A stretch of 64,000 nucleotides of DNA from Anthoceros angustus (Eukaryota; Plantae; Anthocerotophyta). The notes below the pieces were generated by a model. It was not told where the DNA came from and did not search any database. It saw nothing but the letters and a program-made list of their open reading frames with translations. Position 1 is the first letter of the stretch. Every line of letters begins with the position of its first letter. The position numbers and the translations under genes are program-made. Shown here piece by piece: positions 12,701 to 24,505 of the stretch. The stretch is taken from NCBI GenBank assembly GCA_010909165.1, contig MU008158.1:3738809-3802808 (forward strand), read 5' to 3'.

Positions 12701-15700
12701 TCCAAGCAATTGTCGGTTGCCAACACCACCTCGAGGTGACATGCACGCACATGAGCACGCACATGAGCCAAGAGATGATGGCTGCATTGTGCCACCCATT
12801 CCAACCAGCTCCAGTGTCGATCTAGGAGAACAAATGTACGACAAATAATAAAACCCCAAAACTGTTTCATCTTGCATCGAACCTACATTAGATGCAGCAG
12901 TTTGTGGCATTGAGTCTAACATTTCATCCTTCACCAGATCGTATCCATCTTTCGTAACCTGCATTTCATCCTCAACCAGGTTGTGTACATCTTCAATACT
13001 CTGGGAACACAAGGCAGCAAGTAGGCGGGGCAATTCCTGAATCTCATCCTCGCCGGATTCCTCACCACCTCTTGCATCCCGCATCTCATCCTTGACCAAT
13101 TCGTATCCATCTTTTACAACCTGCAAATAGAAGGTAACAATTATGTAGCGCTATTCAATTATTCCCATGTTAACGTTACACAGAATCACGCAACACTATC
13201 CAACAGGTTCTTAGCTTAATCTACCTGGTAACTGTAGTGAGTGGCAATCAGATCTGCCTCACGTGGTGAAAATACACCAAGATTTACTTGCTTCTTATAC
13301 ACCTACAAATTATGCAGCACGAGTTCATATACACAAAAGTCAAACACATGAAGAAGAAGGAGAAGTTTATTTAAGTCCATTAAGGACAGATTTCCATCAT
13401 GGAACTTGGTACTTAGCAACTTGTACATGGGTTTTCTTATAATGCACCCCCACCACCAATCTAATGTCAGTATGAGTTCACCAAATGCAACAATCACACC
13501 AAATGCAACAATCACAGGTAGACAAATGTCCCAATATGAAGACAAAGAAACATAAAAACATTGAATAATCATGCACATACATAAGTAGTCAAATGACTAT
13601 AGTGGGTGCTAAAGAGAAACCTGGTCCTCATAAAATTGGATGGACATCTCTACCGCAAGATCTTTGCTTTGTCCACTCATAAGTAACTTTATTTGAGAGT
13701 AATGGAAATATGGAGAATGACCTGTATGAATCACTGCCATGGATGTTAGCCAAATCCAAATCCAAACCAAAAGACCAATATGAACAGTGCAATCATGTCA
13801 AAGGCAAAACCAATCGTTGAAGTTTGAACATTTACATGAAATAGGTTCCATCCGTAGGAACACCATCAAACGGATCTTTCTTGAACTTGCTGAGCCACAA
13901 GTTAAACATGTGGTCATTCCCTGGGATCCAGGTATTTCATGAGGTGCATCCACCAAAGCAAGCATCATTGCATCCCAAGATGGTATAGCATAGTTGGTTG
14001 GAAACATCTCCTCCATCTTTTCCTTCTTGATATGTAGATTGTGGCTGGAGGAATCACAATGATTGCATTTGCAAAGTTATTAAAACAAGTTATATAAAAA
14101 AATTGAGTTTGACTATTTGCAAGAATTGTTGACTAACAAACAACTAAAACTGCATCACCATCCAATTAAGATTTTTACATTAGGTATCAAAAATGATTTT
14201 CTAGCAACCTGAAACAGGTCAAACAAAGTAACAATACACCATTCTATCTCATTTCTACCTTATCTTCAACTTTTGAAGCTTGTTCATTTTGGCTCGCTTG
14301 AAGTCAAAATGAACAAGCTTCATATAACTTGAAAAACCAACTATAACACTAGATCTAAACAAACAAAACACAAATCAGTAGGTAAGGAAACACACCTTTT
14401 AATAGCCGACAGCAAGGCTAGAATAGAAACATCACTCCCTGTGCACTGATGCTGCAGGAGAGGGACTTTCGGGATGCTTTGGTCAGCCCGCTGGGGATGC
14501 GTCCCTTGATTCGACACCGGGTGGAACTCATACTCCTCATTCTTCTGTGACTCCTCGGAATTCTTAATTTCGCCTTTTTGGTGAGCCTTTTCCTTCACAG
14601 GTTCACGCTTTATCCGTTTTGGTTCAGACCTTACCCCCGAAGCTTCCCTGTTCGCTCTTTTACCCAGCAGAGATAAACTACGAGCTAGTCCGGGAGTGGG
14701 TTCATGGTCGGAATTGCCTGTTGTCATAGGTATAGAACTGGTGCTCAAACGTGGTGAGCTAGACAGTTGCCTGAGTTGTGTGGGAGGTACTATTGCACCA
14801 TGCATTCCCTCTGGAACAGGCATCTCCGTTTCATGAAAGGTCCTGTGCCCCGAATCTCCAGCTCGATCTTGGTCAGGAGCTAGAACCCATAGAGCAGATT
14901 GTGCGAAACCTAGGCCTTCGTTTTCAGGTCTTCCTTCACATGTGCCCGCAGCAGGTTCAGTGACATCCCATGATCCAGAACACACATTTTCTGAGCTCTG
15001 ATTCTCCTGCGGAAGAGTAGGACTTAACCCTCTGGCTGTCACCATGTCTGAAAGTTTTACAAACCTGGATCCGATATAATCAGCAGACTGCTTGGCAATT
15101 TTTCTGGAGGACGCTCGTAGACGTCTACTTGTGAGTGCACCAAAATGAGTACTGTACCGCCCAGTTGCTCGGCAGCCAGAGTTGCAGGTTTCCACTGACG
15201 TAGTGCCCAGCTACAAGATTTGTTAGCACGCTCTCCATTAAATGCATCATTTTGCAAGACATCAACCATGAAGACACAAAGATCTCAAACCTTACCAGGA
15301 AGATTATGTGAGCCTTTGCTGCTACAGCAGGAGAAGGATGAAGATAAAGTCAAGGTCGCACTGGCTTCAATATCCTTGATTCCAGTTCCTGCCAAGCGGA
15401 GCCGTTTATGAACACGTCCCACACAAGATGAGAAGATCCTGTGGGTAATACATTCTTTGGAATCGATTCCACATTAACAGTAAAAGTAGAAGATGTAGAA
15501 GCAACCAAAACATCCGAGGAAGACCAATTTCCACCTGCCATTTTTGTAACGTCTTTCACAAGAATCTCCATTCCTGGCCGAAGAACAACCACCTCCAGTG
15601 TGGGAACCCATCCTCTTGTCCGTTGGACCGCGTGCTATCCGAGTGCTCACAATCCCTGTAGTCGAGTATCTGTACCCAAGAACAAACGCACGATCTTTTC

Positions 15701-16120
15701 TCAAACCCATGACGTCAAAGAAAGGCTCATCACAACACCACGTAGGGAATTACATATCCAAGCAGAGCCGGGCAACCCGTCAGCACAAAGAAGGAAGCAC
15801 GATCAGCTTCGCCAAATTCTCGACTGAAAGCATAAAATCATCGGGGACAATCACCCCGAGAAAAATCTTCGTTGCAATTCGGTCGTGAGGATACAGACAG
15901 TCCATTACCTCATCTCCCAGCGGAGGAGGCTGCCCCTTCTGATGCGCATCCTTGCAATGAAACACGGAGCTCGGAAGCTGCGGCCTGGACTGCACAGTTC
16001 TTGCGAATCAGCAGAGGAGTTAGAAAAACAAAAATACCGGTGCCTGCGCAGGTCTGTCTCTCTCCCGAACCCGTCTCCGAACAGATCGAGGGAAAGTTAG
16101 CCTCCATGGCTACCCCATAG
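9800..16120 (-). pseudogene. SPT20/PHL (PHYTOCHROME-DEPENDENT LATE-FLOWERING)-like gene with expanded Gln-rich C-terminus, probably pseudogenised
   Basis: Spliced segment E|ILDYRD...VVLRPGMEILVKDVTKMAGGNWSSSDVL|ELESRILKPVRP*LYLHPSP resembles the plant Spt20 domain as I recall it (EVxDYR...LENVVKDIP...WTYGDLMEVESRILKALQPxLCLDP). A large Gln/Pro/Met-rich exon starts at 13120 after a ttgcAG acceptor. Lesions: in-frame TGA at 15350-15352, a frameshift near 15600, and CAG>TAG / CGA>TGA in the last repeat. Ends approximate. Confidence 0.62.
9980..12420 (-). repeat. Coding tandem array, 492-bp (164-aa) unit, ~4.5-5 copies
   Basis: Antisense ORFs 10408-10719 and 10900-11211 are identical at an offset of 492; further diverged copies near 11400 and 11900. 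Confidence 0.95.
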
Positions 16121-16439
16121 TCCTGGACGCTCCCAGCTCTCAGACCAGGCTGGGCAGCTTCTACCGAGATGAACAAACTCCACGCGCCAAAAGTCTTTTT
16201 CTCCGAAACGAAACAATTCCCCAAGTCTAAAATCGCGCTTTCACGTGCGCGTTACTTCAGCTCCAGTCCGCAACACTATGCAGCGGATACGCGTCCTTCC
16301 GTCCAAAGGCAGTGAGCTGGAAACGGAAGGCGGAGAGCCATTTTTGCTCAACCCGAGATGGTCGACCATGAACGAAATTTAAGTTTTTTCTATTTTGGGA
16401 GATATTATACTAAAAACTCATGAAAAAAAATGGGCGTGT

Positions 16440-16830
16440 AGAAGAAGAAGAAGAATTTTATTGAAGTCCATTAAGGACGAATTTTCTTTACAAGATTGAA
16501 ATATGATAATTATATAGATTACGCGAAGTCCCAATTGCCAAGTCAAATCATCTTTTTTGGCTCTTTATGACACGCATCTCCTGGACCCCAATCTCCTGGA
16601 CCTAGCCTTTTTCGGCGTCATCATCTCCTGGACCCGTCTATTTCAGCGTCTCTCCCATCGACTGCTAAACGATGTCCCCTTGGCCCACGGGCTTCCCTTG
16701 GAGCACCTCGCGCATTTTTCATCTCATGGGCCCCGCCGAAACAAGGCGTATCCCCATCCACTGCTAGACGATGTCTGCTTGGCCTACAGATTCCCTTGGA
16801 GCACCTTGCGTAGAACTCCAAGATGAAGCA
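16440..16830 (-). mobile_element. Putative 3' end of a non-LTR element with AATAAA+(TTC)n tail and internal 99-bp-spaced repeats
   Basis: Minus strand ends ...caataaaattcttcttcttcttc. Three catctcctggac-like repeats at 16575-16635 and a ~57-bp repeat at 16656 and 16755. No TSD found. Confidence 0.4.
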
Positions 16831-18228
16831 GCCTGGACTTTAAGTAAGTAAGTTACATGGAATATAAATATGGATCAATGCGCTAAACTCAGCGCACTGC
16901 TGTTTCTTCGATCATTAGTCGTGTTAAAGATTAAATTTCCAGATTATTTAAAAAAACATGATCTGGATGATAAAATGACGTATATTCTGTGTATCTTTAC
17001 GTACCCCGTAAGTATGGTTGGAAATGAGAAACGAAGTGAGCGGTAGAAACGGTAGCCGGGACATGGGACCACTCCTAGCCATATGGGCAGTAAGTGAGCA
17101 CGCCGTGCATCTGCATCTTGTTGAAATAGTGCATGCGAGGGCCCGCCGTCACACTCATAACCGTCGGCTGGGAGCGACGAGGTCGGGGGCTCGGGGAGGT
17201 GGGAGGATGTCACACTTCATGATCCACCCACCCCTCCGGATCCTCATGTCTCAGCCACTTCAAGCTCCAAGTACCCATGTAGCAAGTGGCAACAAGAACG
17301 GCGAGTCCAAGAGACAAGTCATTTGAAGTGGCTTCTTGTTATGGGTTACCGACCAGGCATGTGAGGTGTGTGATATGGAATACGGTCGCAGGCTGCAAGA
17401 TCACCCACAATACGAAGCTCCTCGAGCCACAGAGTAATTGTAATTGTGGAAGCAGCTCGCTGTGGCTCCACAAGACCGTCTGCTTTTCTGGGAGGCCGGA
17501 ACAGGCGACCGGGTCGCTCGTGCCCCCGTTTGCGGCGCCGGGCCCGGCCCGGCCCGCTTCCACTTGGCTCGTCGTGCAGCAGAGGGAAAGACCGCCATCT
17601 GCTCCGACCGCCTCGGCGTGCCATCACCATCTGCTCTCCCTGGTGGCAGGTGCGCAAGCCCAGCCCGCCTACGGCCCACCCTTGCCGCGAGCGCGTCCTC
17701 CAATGCTGCCGCTGCGCTCATCTCTGCGTACGCCAGCTCAGGATTGCCAAAGCATGGCGACTCTTCTCTCTCTCGGGCCTGCCTTTCTGGCCTGCACTTC
17801 CCGATGTAGCTGACTCATAGACTTGTCTCTGTGGGAGGAGTAATTCCCGAACACCGTTGCGACCCGCATCCAGATCTTGCGACACTCATCGGCTGGGCAT
17901 GTGGATCGGGATTGTTTGAGGCCTTGGGAAAACCGGTTGCATGTTGGAGCCTGCCAGGGGTCTGGATCTGCTTGCCACAGTTCGGACTCGAGAAATGGTG
18001 AAGCTGGGGGTTTGAGGACAGCCACGGGGCTGCAGATCTGCGGGAATGGGTGGGCGTCGGAGGCGCAGTGGAACTGGGGAGAACCGTGCACGTGGTGACC
18101 ATTTTGGTGCATTGGACCTGGCTGCCAGCATCCGTTGCTTTCTTCTGTCAGCCAGTACTTTGGAGCGGGTTGCTCGCAGCTCCGATGTCAAGAGCTAGCA
18201 GGTTCTTACATCAGGAAGGTGGGTCGCA

Positions 18229-21200
18229 ATGAGGGAAATGCTGCGAATTACCGGAGCTCGCGCGCCCGCCCCGGCATTGCACCCACTGTCTGCGCTCCGG
18301 ATACTGTGGTTTGCTCTTTTGGTGGTGGCGGTTTGTGGGCAGACGGATCCAGGCAAGTGCTTCATGCTGTGGGTCCTGGGGACTTGGCTTTCTATGGCTC
18401 AACATTACGAGCGTCATTGCGTTCGGCTGTTGTGAACGCCTTCTCACTGTCGAGTTCTTCTTCTTACAGGAACGGATGGCTTCATAAGCATAGACTGCGG
18501 AGCTCGATCTGGCTATAACAACACACAAACGCAAATTCCTTGGAGCGCGGACGCTCTTGCTGTTGGAAGGACGTACACCGTGAATTCGCCGAATGTCGCC
18601 AGGGAGTTGCTCACCCTTCGCGCATTTCCACCGGGGGGTTCCCCAGTGCGGACTTGCTACTCCATTGCAGTCCTTCCAGGCACCGCTTATCTAGTCCGCG
18701 CAGGTTTTATGTATGCAAATTACGACAAACAGTCCAAACCTCCTCAGTTTGGGCTCTACCTGGACGCCACTCTGTGGCAACACGTAGATCTCAGTGCTAC
18801 CGGGCAAATTGTTTACTATGAAGCAATTACCAGCTCAGCCAGAGAGTATTCCTTGGGAAACATCACAGTATGTCTGCGCAGGACGAATCCTGACGCTCCT
18901 CCTATCATCAATTCCCTGGAGTTGAGGCCACTGCCCAACAACACCTACGCTGACAGGCTCCGGATGTCGCCAGGAAGTGTGGATGTCAATCTCTATCTTG
19001 TCAGCAGGATCAACTTTGGAGGTCCCTTCATAAGGTACGATACTGGGAGCACCCTCCAGTTCCGTGCTTTCCTGGTTCGATGACGTATCGCCTTACTGTG
19101 ATGTTGCTGTGAAAATGCAACAGGTTTCCTCAGGATCGATACGATCGATTCTGGCAAGGTTACACAATGCTTCCGGAGGTCAGGGGCCTTCCTGTTCTGC
19201 ATGCTCCTGGGGATCAAAGCTTCACATGGCAAACGCCAACAGATGCTCCACCGGATATTGTCTTGCAGACTGCTATCTCCGCGCCAAACATTTCCTTCAC
19301 GATCTCGTCGTTACCCACTACCACATTTCAGGCTTACGGCTCGCAGTTTTCCTGTCAGCTGAATATCGTTCCTGGCCAAGTCGATATGGATTGGAGTATC
19401 TATACCATGTTACATGGAGCATACACGCCATACATGCCGAATTATAACTCAGATATTACCCTTCCCAGCCCCTTCTCCTGCGCTCAGTATGGTGTGCTCA
19501 ATGGATCCGTTAGCTCAAACTTCTCGTTACGACTTGGGAGCAATTCGCCTTCAGGTGGCAACCCCGTGCTGGGGGCGCAGGAGATCTATTCTATTGTTCC
19601 TGTTACCCTAGGAACTTCGACTGTCGATGGTAGGGAAGATGGCCTCCTGAGGCAGTGAGTTTGGCTCGCGACTTCTGTTACCTTGTATGTGGAGCATTGA
19701 TGCAGTCGTCATTCCTTGCAGTGCTAGCCCTAGCTGATCTGAAGAATCGGTTGGGCTTAAACTTCGGAAGTTGGGTAGGAGACCCGTGCCTTCCCAATGC
19801 ATGGGAGCGCATCAAGTGCAGCTCAGACTCTCCGCCTCGCGTCACCTATTTGTAAGTTGCCGAGGATTGTTGGTGTTTGCTGCTGTTTACACAAAAGCTG
19901 ACCATTTGGCATGTCACTGGGCTCCAGAGATCTATCTAGGATACAAGCCTCGGGCCCAGTACCCGAAAGCATTGGAAACCTGACAGCCCTGGAGTTCTTG
20001 TAAGCTCAAGTTGGTGTTTCACTTTCTAGTATGTATAGGAAAAGTCTGCTGGTAGCAGTAGCAGAGGTGTGAGGCAGGAAGGGCAAAGTAGAAGTCAGGG
20101 ATGGTTCTTCATTTGAGGCATGTTCATGTGTGACTGATGTAGCTCTACCTCCGTTGGACGACGGTATAAAGAACCAGACTAAACAGGATTTCTTGTTACA
20201 CGGCAGGTCACTCGCAAATAATTCCTTCACAGGACCCATACCTGATCTGTCGGCACTCACGTTGCTATCGTTTCTGTAAGTGTCTCTTATTCGGCAGGTC
20301 CTGCTGCTTGGTATACAGTATCTTTCTAGGGCTTTATAGCGGATGAGGCCGGCTCAACTTATAGCCTTAACCTTGAGAGGATGGCCAAATGTATGTCTTT
20401 GGTAGGAGCCTGGCCACAAATCGTCTCAGTGGCAAGTTTCCTGACTGGCTAGGTCTTCTTCCATACTTGAAGGCGCTGTGAGTTGGACTACATTCCTTAC
20501 TCTTGCGAGCTCAATACCCGCTTTCTACTGGTTTGCCCTTCCAGCATTAGTTAGTGACGTGTCCCAGTCTGACTCTGATATTTTCTGCACCTATCAGGCA
20601 CATCGAGAACAATCAGATTGCGGGCCCTTTCCCACACAACCTAGCAGTTAATCTTGGCCCCAACTTCAGGTGTATGAATGGATCCCTTTTGTCATCATGC
20701 TATCCCTGGACAATGCATGTTACATTGTGTTGGTAACTCAACGCCTTTCATCTGCGCAGCTATAATGGGAACACAAAGCTTTGTGATGATTCGACACCGT
20801 CATGTATCAGTGAAAATGCTGAAGCACCGTCATCTATTTCACCATTCCCAAGCCAAGAGAAAAGCTCGAAGACTGACTTTATACTTGGAGTAGGTGCTGG
20901 AATACTGATGACGATTCTTGTTATGAATGCGCTCTTCGTAATCTACTGTATTTGCCGCTGTCGGACTCCAAAGTATCACAAGCCATCTGAAAATGGTTGG
21001 CCGGCTACTGTAACAGGTCAGTCTGCAGCTGAGCTGATAATGTCTGCTGACACTAGTGTGATCTTCTTGATGGTCGAACACGGACTCATCAACTCCATCC
21101 AGAACATTTTCACACATTGCGTCATTGTCACAGCTCTGCCCCATGATGGAGACATCGTGCACCAGCTGTATCCGGCTGAGAGGAGGCTGAGAGCTCAGTG

Positions 21201-22614
21201 TTACCCTTACTCTGCCATCAAGAGTGCCACTAGTAACTTTGGTGAGAGGCTGGGAGACGGTGGATTCGGGCCTGTGTATTACGGTGTACTTAGTGACAAT
21301 CAGCAGGTTGCTGTCAAGGTCGTGCCTGTGAAGTCAAACCGTGAAACACACGACATCCTTGACGAGGTACTTGGACTCACTGTAGATTTTTGTCAACACT
21401 GGTCTGTTCCTTTGGCATCCTGATATGACTGTTTAGAAACTTTCTTGATGATAGCACTGTTTTGTGTGCAGTTGGATGTGTTGTCAGTGGGATTGCACAA
21501 GAACGTGGTTCCTCTTGTCGGGTACAGCCAGAACATGAACGAGATACTGTTTATGTATGCCTTCATGGCAGAAGGGGACTTGCAGTCAAGACTTTATGGT
21601 GAGATTCGGTGGATACTTCAAAGCAGCTTAGTATCATGTAACTTAATCGCGTACCAGACACTTGGAAATTTTACATCAACGTCTCTTACAGGTTCAAAGG
21701 CGGCAAGCGACGCACTCACCTGGAAGGAAAGACTCAAAGTAGCAGTGGATGCTGCTGAGGGTATGTGCAGGTGGTATTAAGAGTTATGCCTTGTCCTGCA
21801 GGTGGTGCTGAGAACTGAATAAGAACCTCTGCTTTGGAACAGGCTTGGAGTTTTTGCACCATACATGCAGACCCAGTATTGTGCATGGGAACGTGAAAAG
21901 TACAAATGTCTTCTTGAGCAAATCCTTGGAGGGCAAAATGGGGCATTATGGCGTTGCCAAGCTCATGGAAGAACAGGCAGGAAACATTGCCAACGTTGTT
22001 AACAAAACCAGAGGCTACCTTGATCCTGAGTAAGTTGAAACGCTCTCACGTTGTATGGAAATGCCGAATTTTCGCCTGGAGTAGGTCGTTAACCTGGTGA
22101 CAACCTACTCCACCCTGCAGATATTATGCTACTCGCCGATTGAGTGTGAAGAGCGATGTCTACAGTTTTGGAGTTCTCGTGCTTGAAATACTTTGCGGAC
22201 GGTCTCCCCTCCTAGATCCCAGAGCACCTGCCTCTGCAAAGTGCACGAGCATTGTGGATTGGGTAAGCCGAACTTCTATTACACTGAAACTGCGAACGTT
22301 TCCAGCCAGGCCTTGAATGGAAACTATCTGTTGGTGTTCAGGTCAGGGCCTCCCTTCAGAAAGGCACGGTGGAAGGTATAATGGACCCACGCCTGAGAGG
22401 GCACTATAATCTGGCAACAGCTTGGAACGTCGCGGAGATTGCTATTCATTGTGTGGAAATGAACAGCAAATGCAGGCCAACCATGACCGAGGTTGTTCTG
22501 GATCTGACTCGTGCTGTTGAAATGGACTCCACCAGCGACGCAAAATCTGCTCCAACTCCGGCTCAAAAAAACGGCTTTGTGTATCACAGCCCACACAATC
22601 TGCCCTCTGTCTAG
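18229..22614 (+). CDS. Malectin-like domain LRR receptor-like kinase 1 (LRR-I class), predicted pseudokinase; multi-exon
   Basis: Signal peptide; GFISIDCG; YLVRAGFMYANYD; INSLELRPL; RINFGG; FPQDRYDRFW; GDPC; four LRR exons; TM ILGVGAGILMTILVMNALFVIYCIC; kinase GDGGFG, VAVK, IVHGNVKSTN, GHYG, GYLDPE. Splice sites give an open spliced frame. Confidence 0.93.
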
Positions 22615-22848
22615 AACAGAAGAGGCGAAGCCTATACCAGGACTCTGGTTTGTAGTGGCTAACTGAGTCTTCCAGGTAAGACATCTAACAACTGTATCTG
22701 TAAGTGTACACTAGGCACATTGCTTATTGTACAGCTTTTCATTGACACTTCACACAATTTGTTAACCTATTCTTCAAGACGAGGTCGACCTTCGTGCAAG
22801 TGCAACAACCAGAAGCACTTGGGAACGTCAGATGTACAATCAGAGACT

Positions 22849-24411
22849 TCAATCTTTGCTTGTGTCCTGAGACAGGCCCCAGAGATAGGCAATTAGACCT
22901 ACATATGGAACAAATCTTAACTGTCTCACCAAATCTGCTCTGTCTTTCTCCACATTCAGCAGGTTGTCTCCTATCAGCCATGGTTGGAAAATGGAATACA
23001 AGACCAAGTCCCATATGAACGCATATGCGACACGGTCGGTGTTGACGTAGTTCAGGAAGAAGTTCCACCGGTCCGCAACACTTCCATATTCTGCCCTGCC
23101 CGCGGCGAACCAGAACAGTGTCAAGACACCGACAACTGCCCCAGCGGCTCCAACTGTAAAGGCTCCAGACGTCATTGCTGCACTCAGCTTTTTGAGATCC
23201 AGAAGACCTCCTGATCCTCTGTTAAAAAGTGATGCCGAAGCTGGTTCCTTCGGCTTATTCAGACGAATGGCCATGTAAGGTATTAGAAATGCTGCAAGAG
23301 ACAACAAGAAGGATGTCAGTTTGAGAAAAAGGTAAAGCCACCAGACAGCATATGTTGGAGTGAAGGATGGTCCTCAACTATTGGTAAGGAACATCTGTAG
23401 AATCCACCATAGCTCCAAGGAACCTTGGAAGCGGTCCCTTCTTTGATCAGTGAACAGCAACGGTGCGAAGAGGACTGACCAACCGATGACAAGGTTGAAA
23501 AGAGCTTCTGCAGTCTAACAGCCAGCAGGTGTCAATCGGTTTCTGTCAAAGATTCAAAAAAGTGGCAAGTCCCCTGGCAGTACAGCAGAACTTACAGGAT
23601 GGACTATAGGAGACTCCATGACGTGAACACCCCCTGTGCTGGGAGAAAACCATGGTCAGGAGCTACAGTTTCTACAGCCTGCTCTACCCGTGGCTTTGGC
23701 AGAGCTAAAGACAACAGTCTGCAGGAGAGCAAGGAGAAGAGGAGCTACCAGCATTCAAGATGGGCAACACGTAGAAGAAGTTGAGCGAGAGGTCGATGAG
23801 CATTGATATTGTTTGTGGTGTGATGGCCCATACCGGTTCTCCCTGGTGCACAAAGCCAGTCAGTTGCGTCAGCAGGACAGGGTGGCAAGGTGAAGCAGGA
23901 CGCCGTAGCCGATGCAGAAGGTACTTCCCCGATTGGTGGGCCTCAGGCCGTAAGGCGATGAACACAAGATCGTACAGAATCCACTTACCGGAGCGTCTGG
24001 AAGAAAGAAGAGCCACACAACATAGCCCGCCGCCACACACCACAGCACACCCCGCAAAACCGTTCGTTGCCCATCTCCCAGCTCCTTATCATCTCCAACT
24101 CCTTCAACCCGAATGTCCGTGTCAGAATCGGTTCCCAAGTTGCAACAAGGAGCCGGTGCATTGCGCGATTTCCACTGAGGAAGAGGGATGGCTGACAAGA
24201 CACGCTTGCGGGTCCCTGCACAACAGATAGGGCCACCGGTTTCACGCGACGCACGCGGGAGACGATCACTCGATCCTTGGACTGATCGCCGCATCTGCGA
24301 ACAAATGTTCCAAGGGAAGGCCGTGACGCATGAAGGAGGAGCACGCCAATCCGATGAGAAACTTCCTGCCGTGACCGAGCTGCTGCAGAAGAGGCCAATC
24401 CTGTCCGCCAT
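22849..24411 (-). CDS. Conserved plastid-targeted multi-pass membrane protein (At2g04360-like), 5 exons
   Basis: Ser/Arg-rich transit-peptide-like N-terminus. Spliced core WLFFLPDAP|GEPVWAI...LSLNFFYVLP...HP|TAEALFNLVIGWSVLFAPLLFTD...QMFLTN|..FLIPYMAIRLN...DRVAYAFIWDLVLYSIFQPWLIGDNL matches my recollection of this family. Confidence 0.8.
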
Positions 24412-24505
24412 TGTTAGGTTGCAGCTTACAAGCCTGCTGCCTCCGCCTTGGAGTTCAACCGTCTCTTCATTGTCCTCTTTCCACGTAATTTCAAAAGCCT
24501 ATACG
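24412..24505. promoter_or_regulatory. 94-bp gap between divergent start codons (bidirectional promoter or overlapping 5' UTRs)
   Basis: Minus-strand ATG at 24411, plus-strand ATG at 24506. Confidence 0.65.

Noticed and set aside
17286-18191. Several overlapping 95-175-aa ORFs
   Set aside because: GC-rich stretch with no motif or splice pattern I can support; left unannotated.
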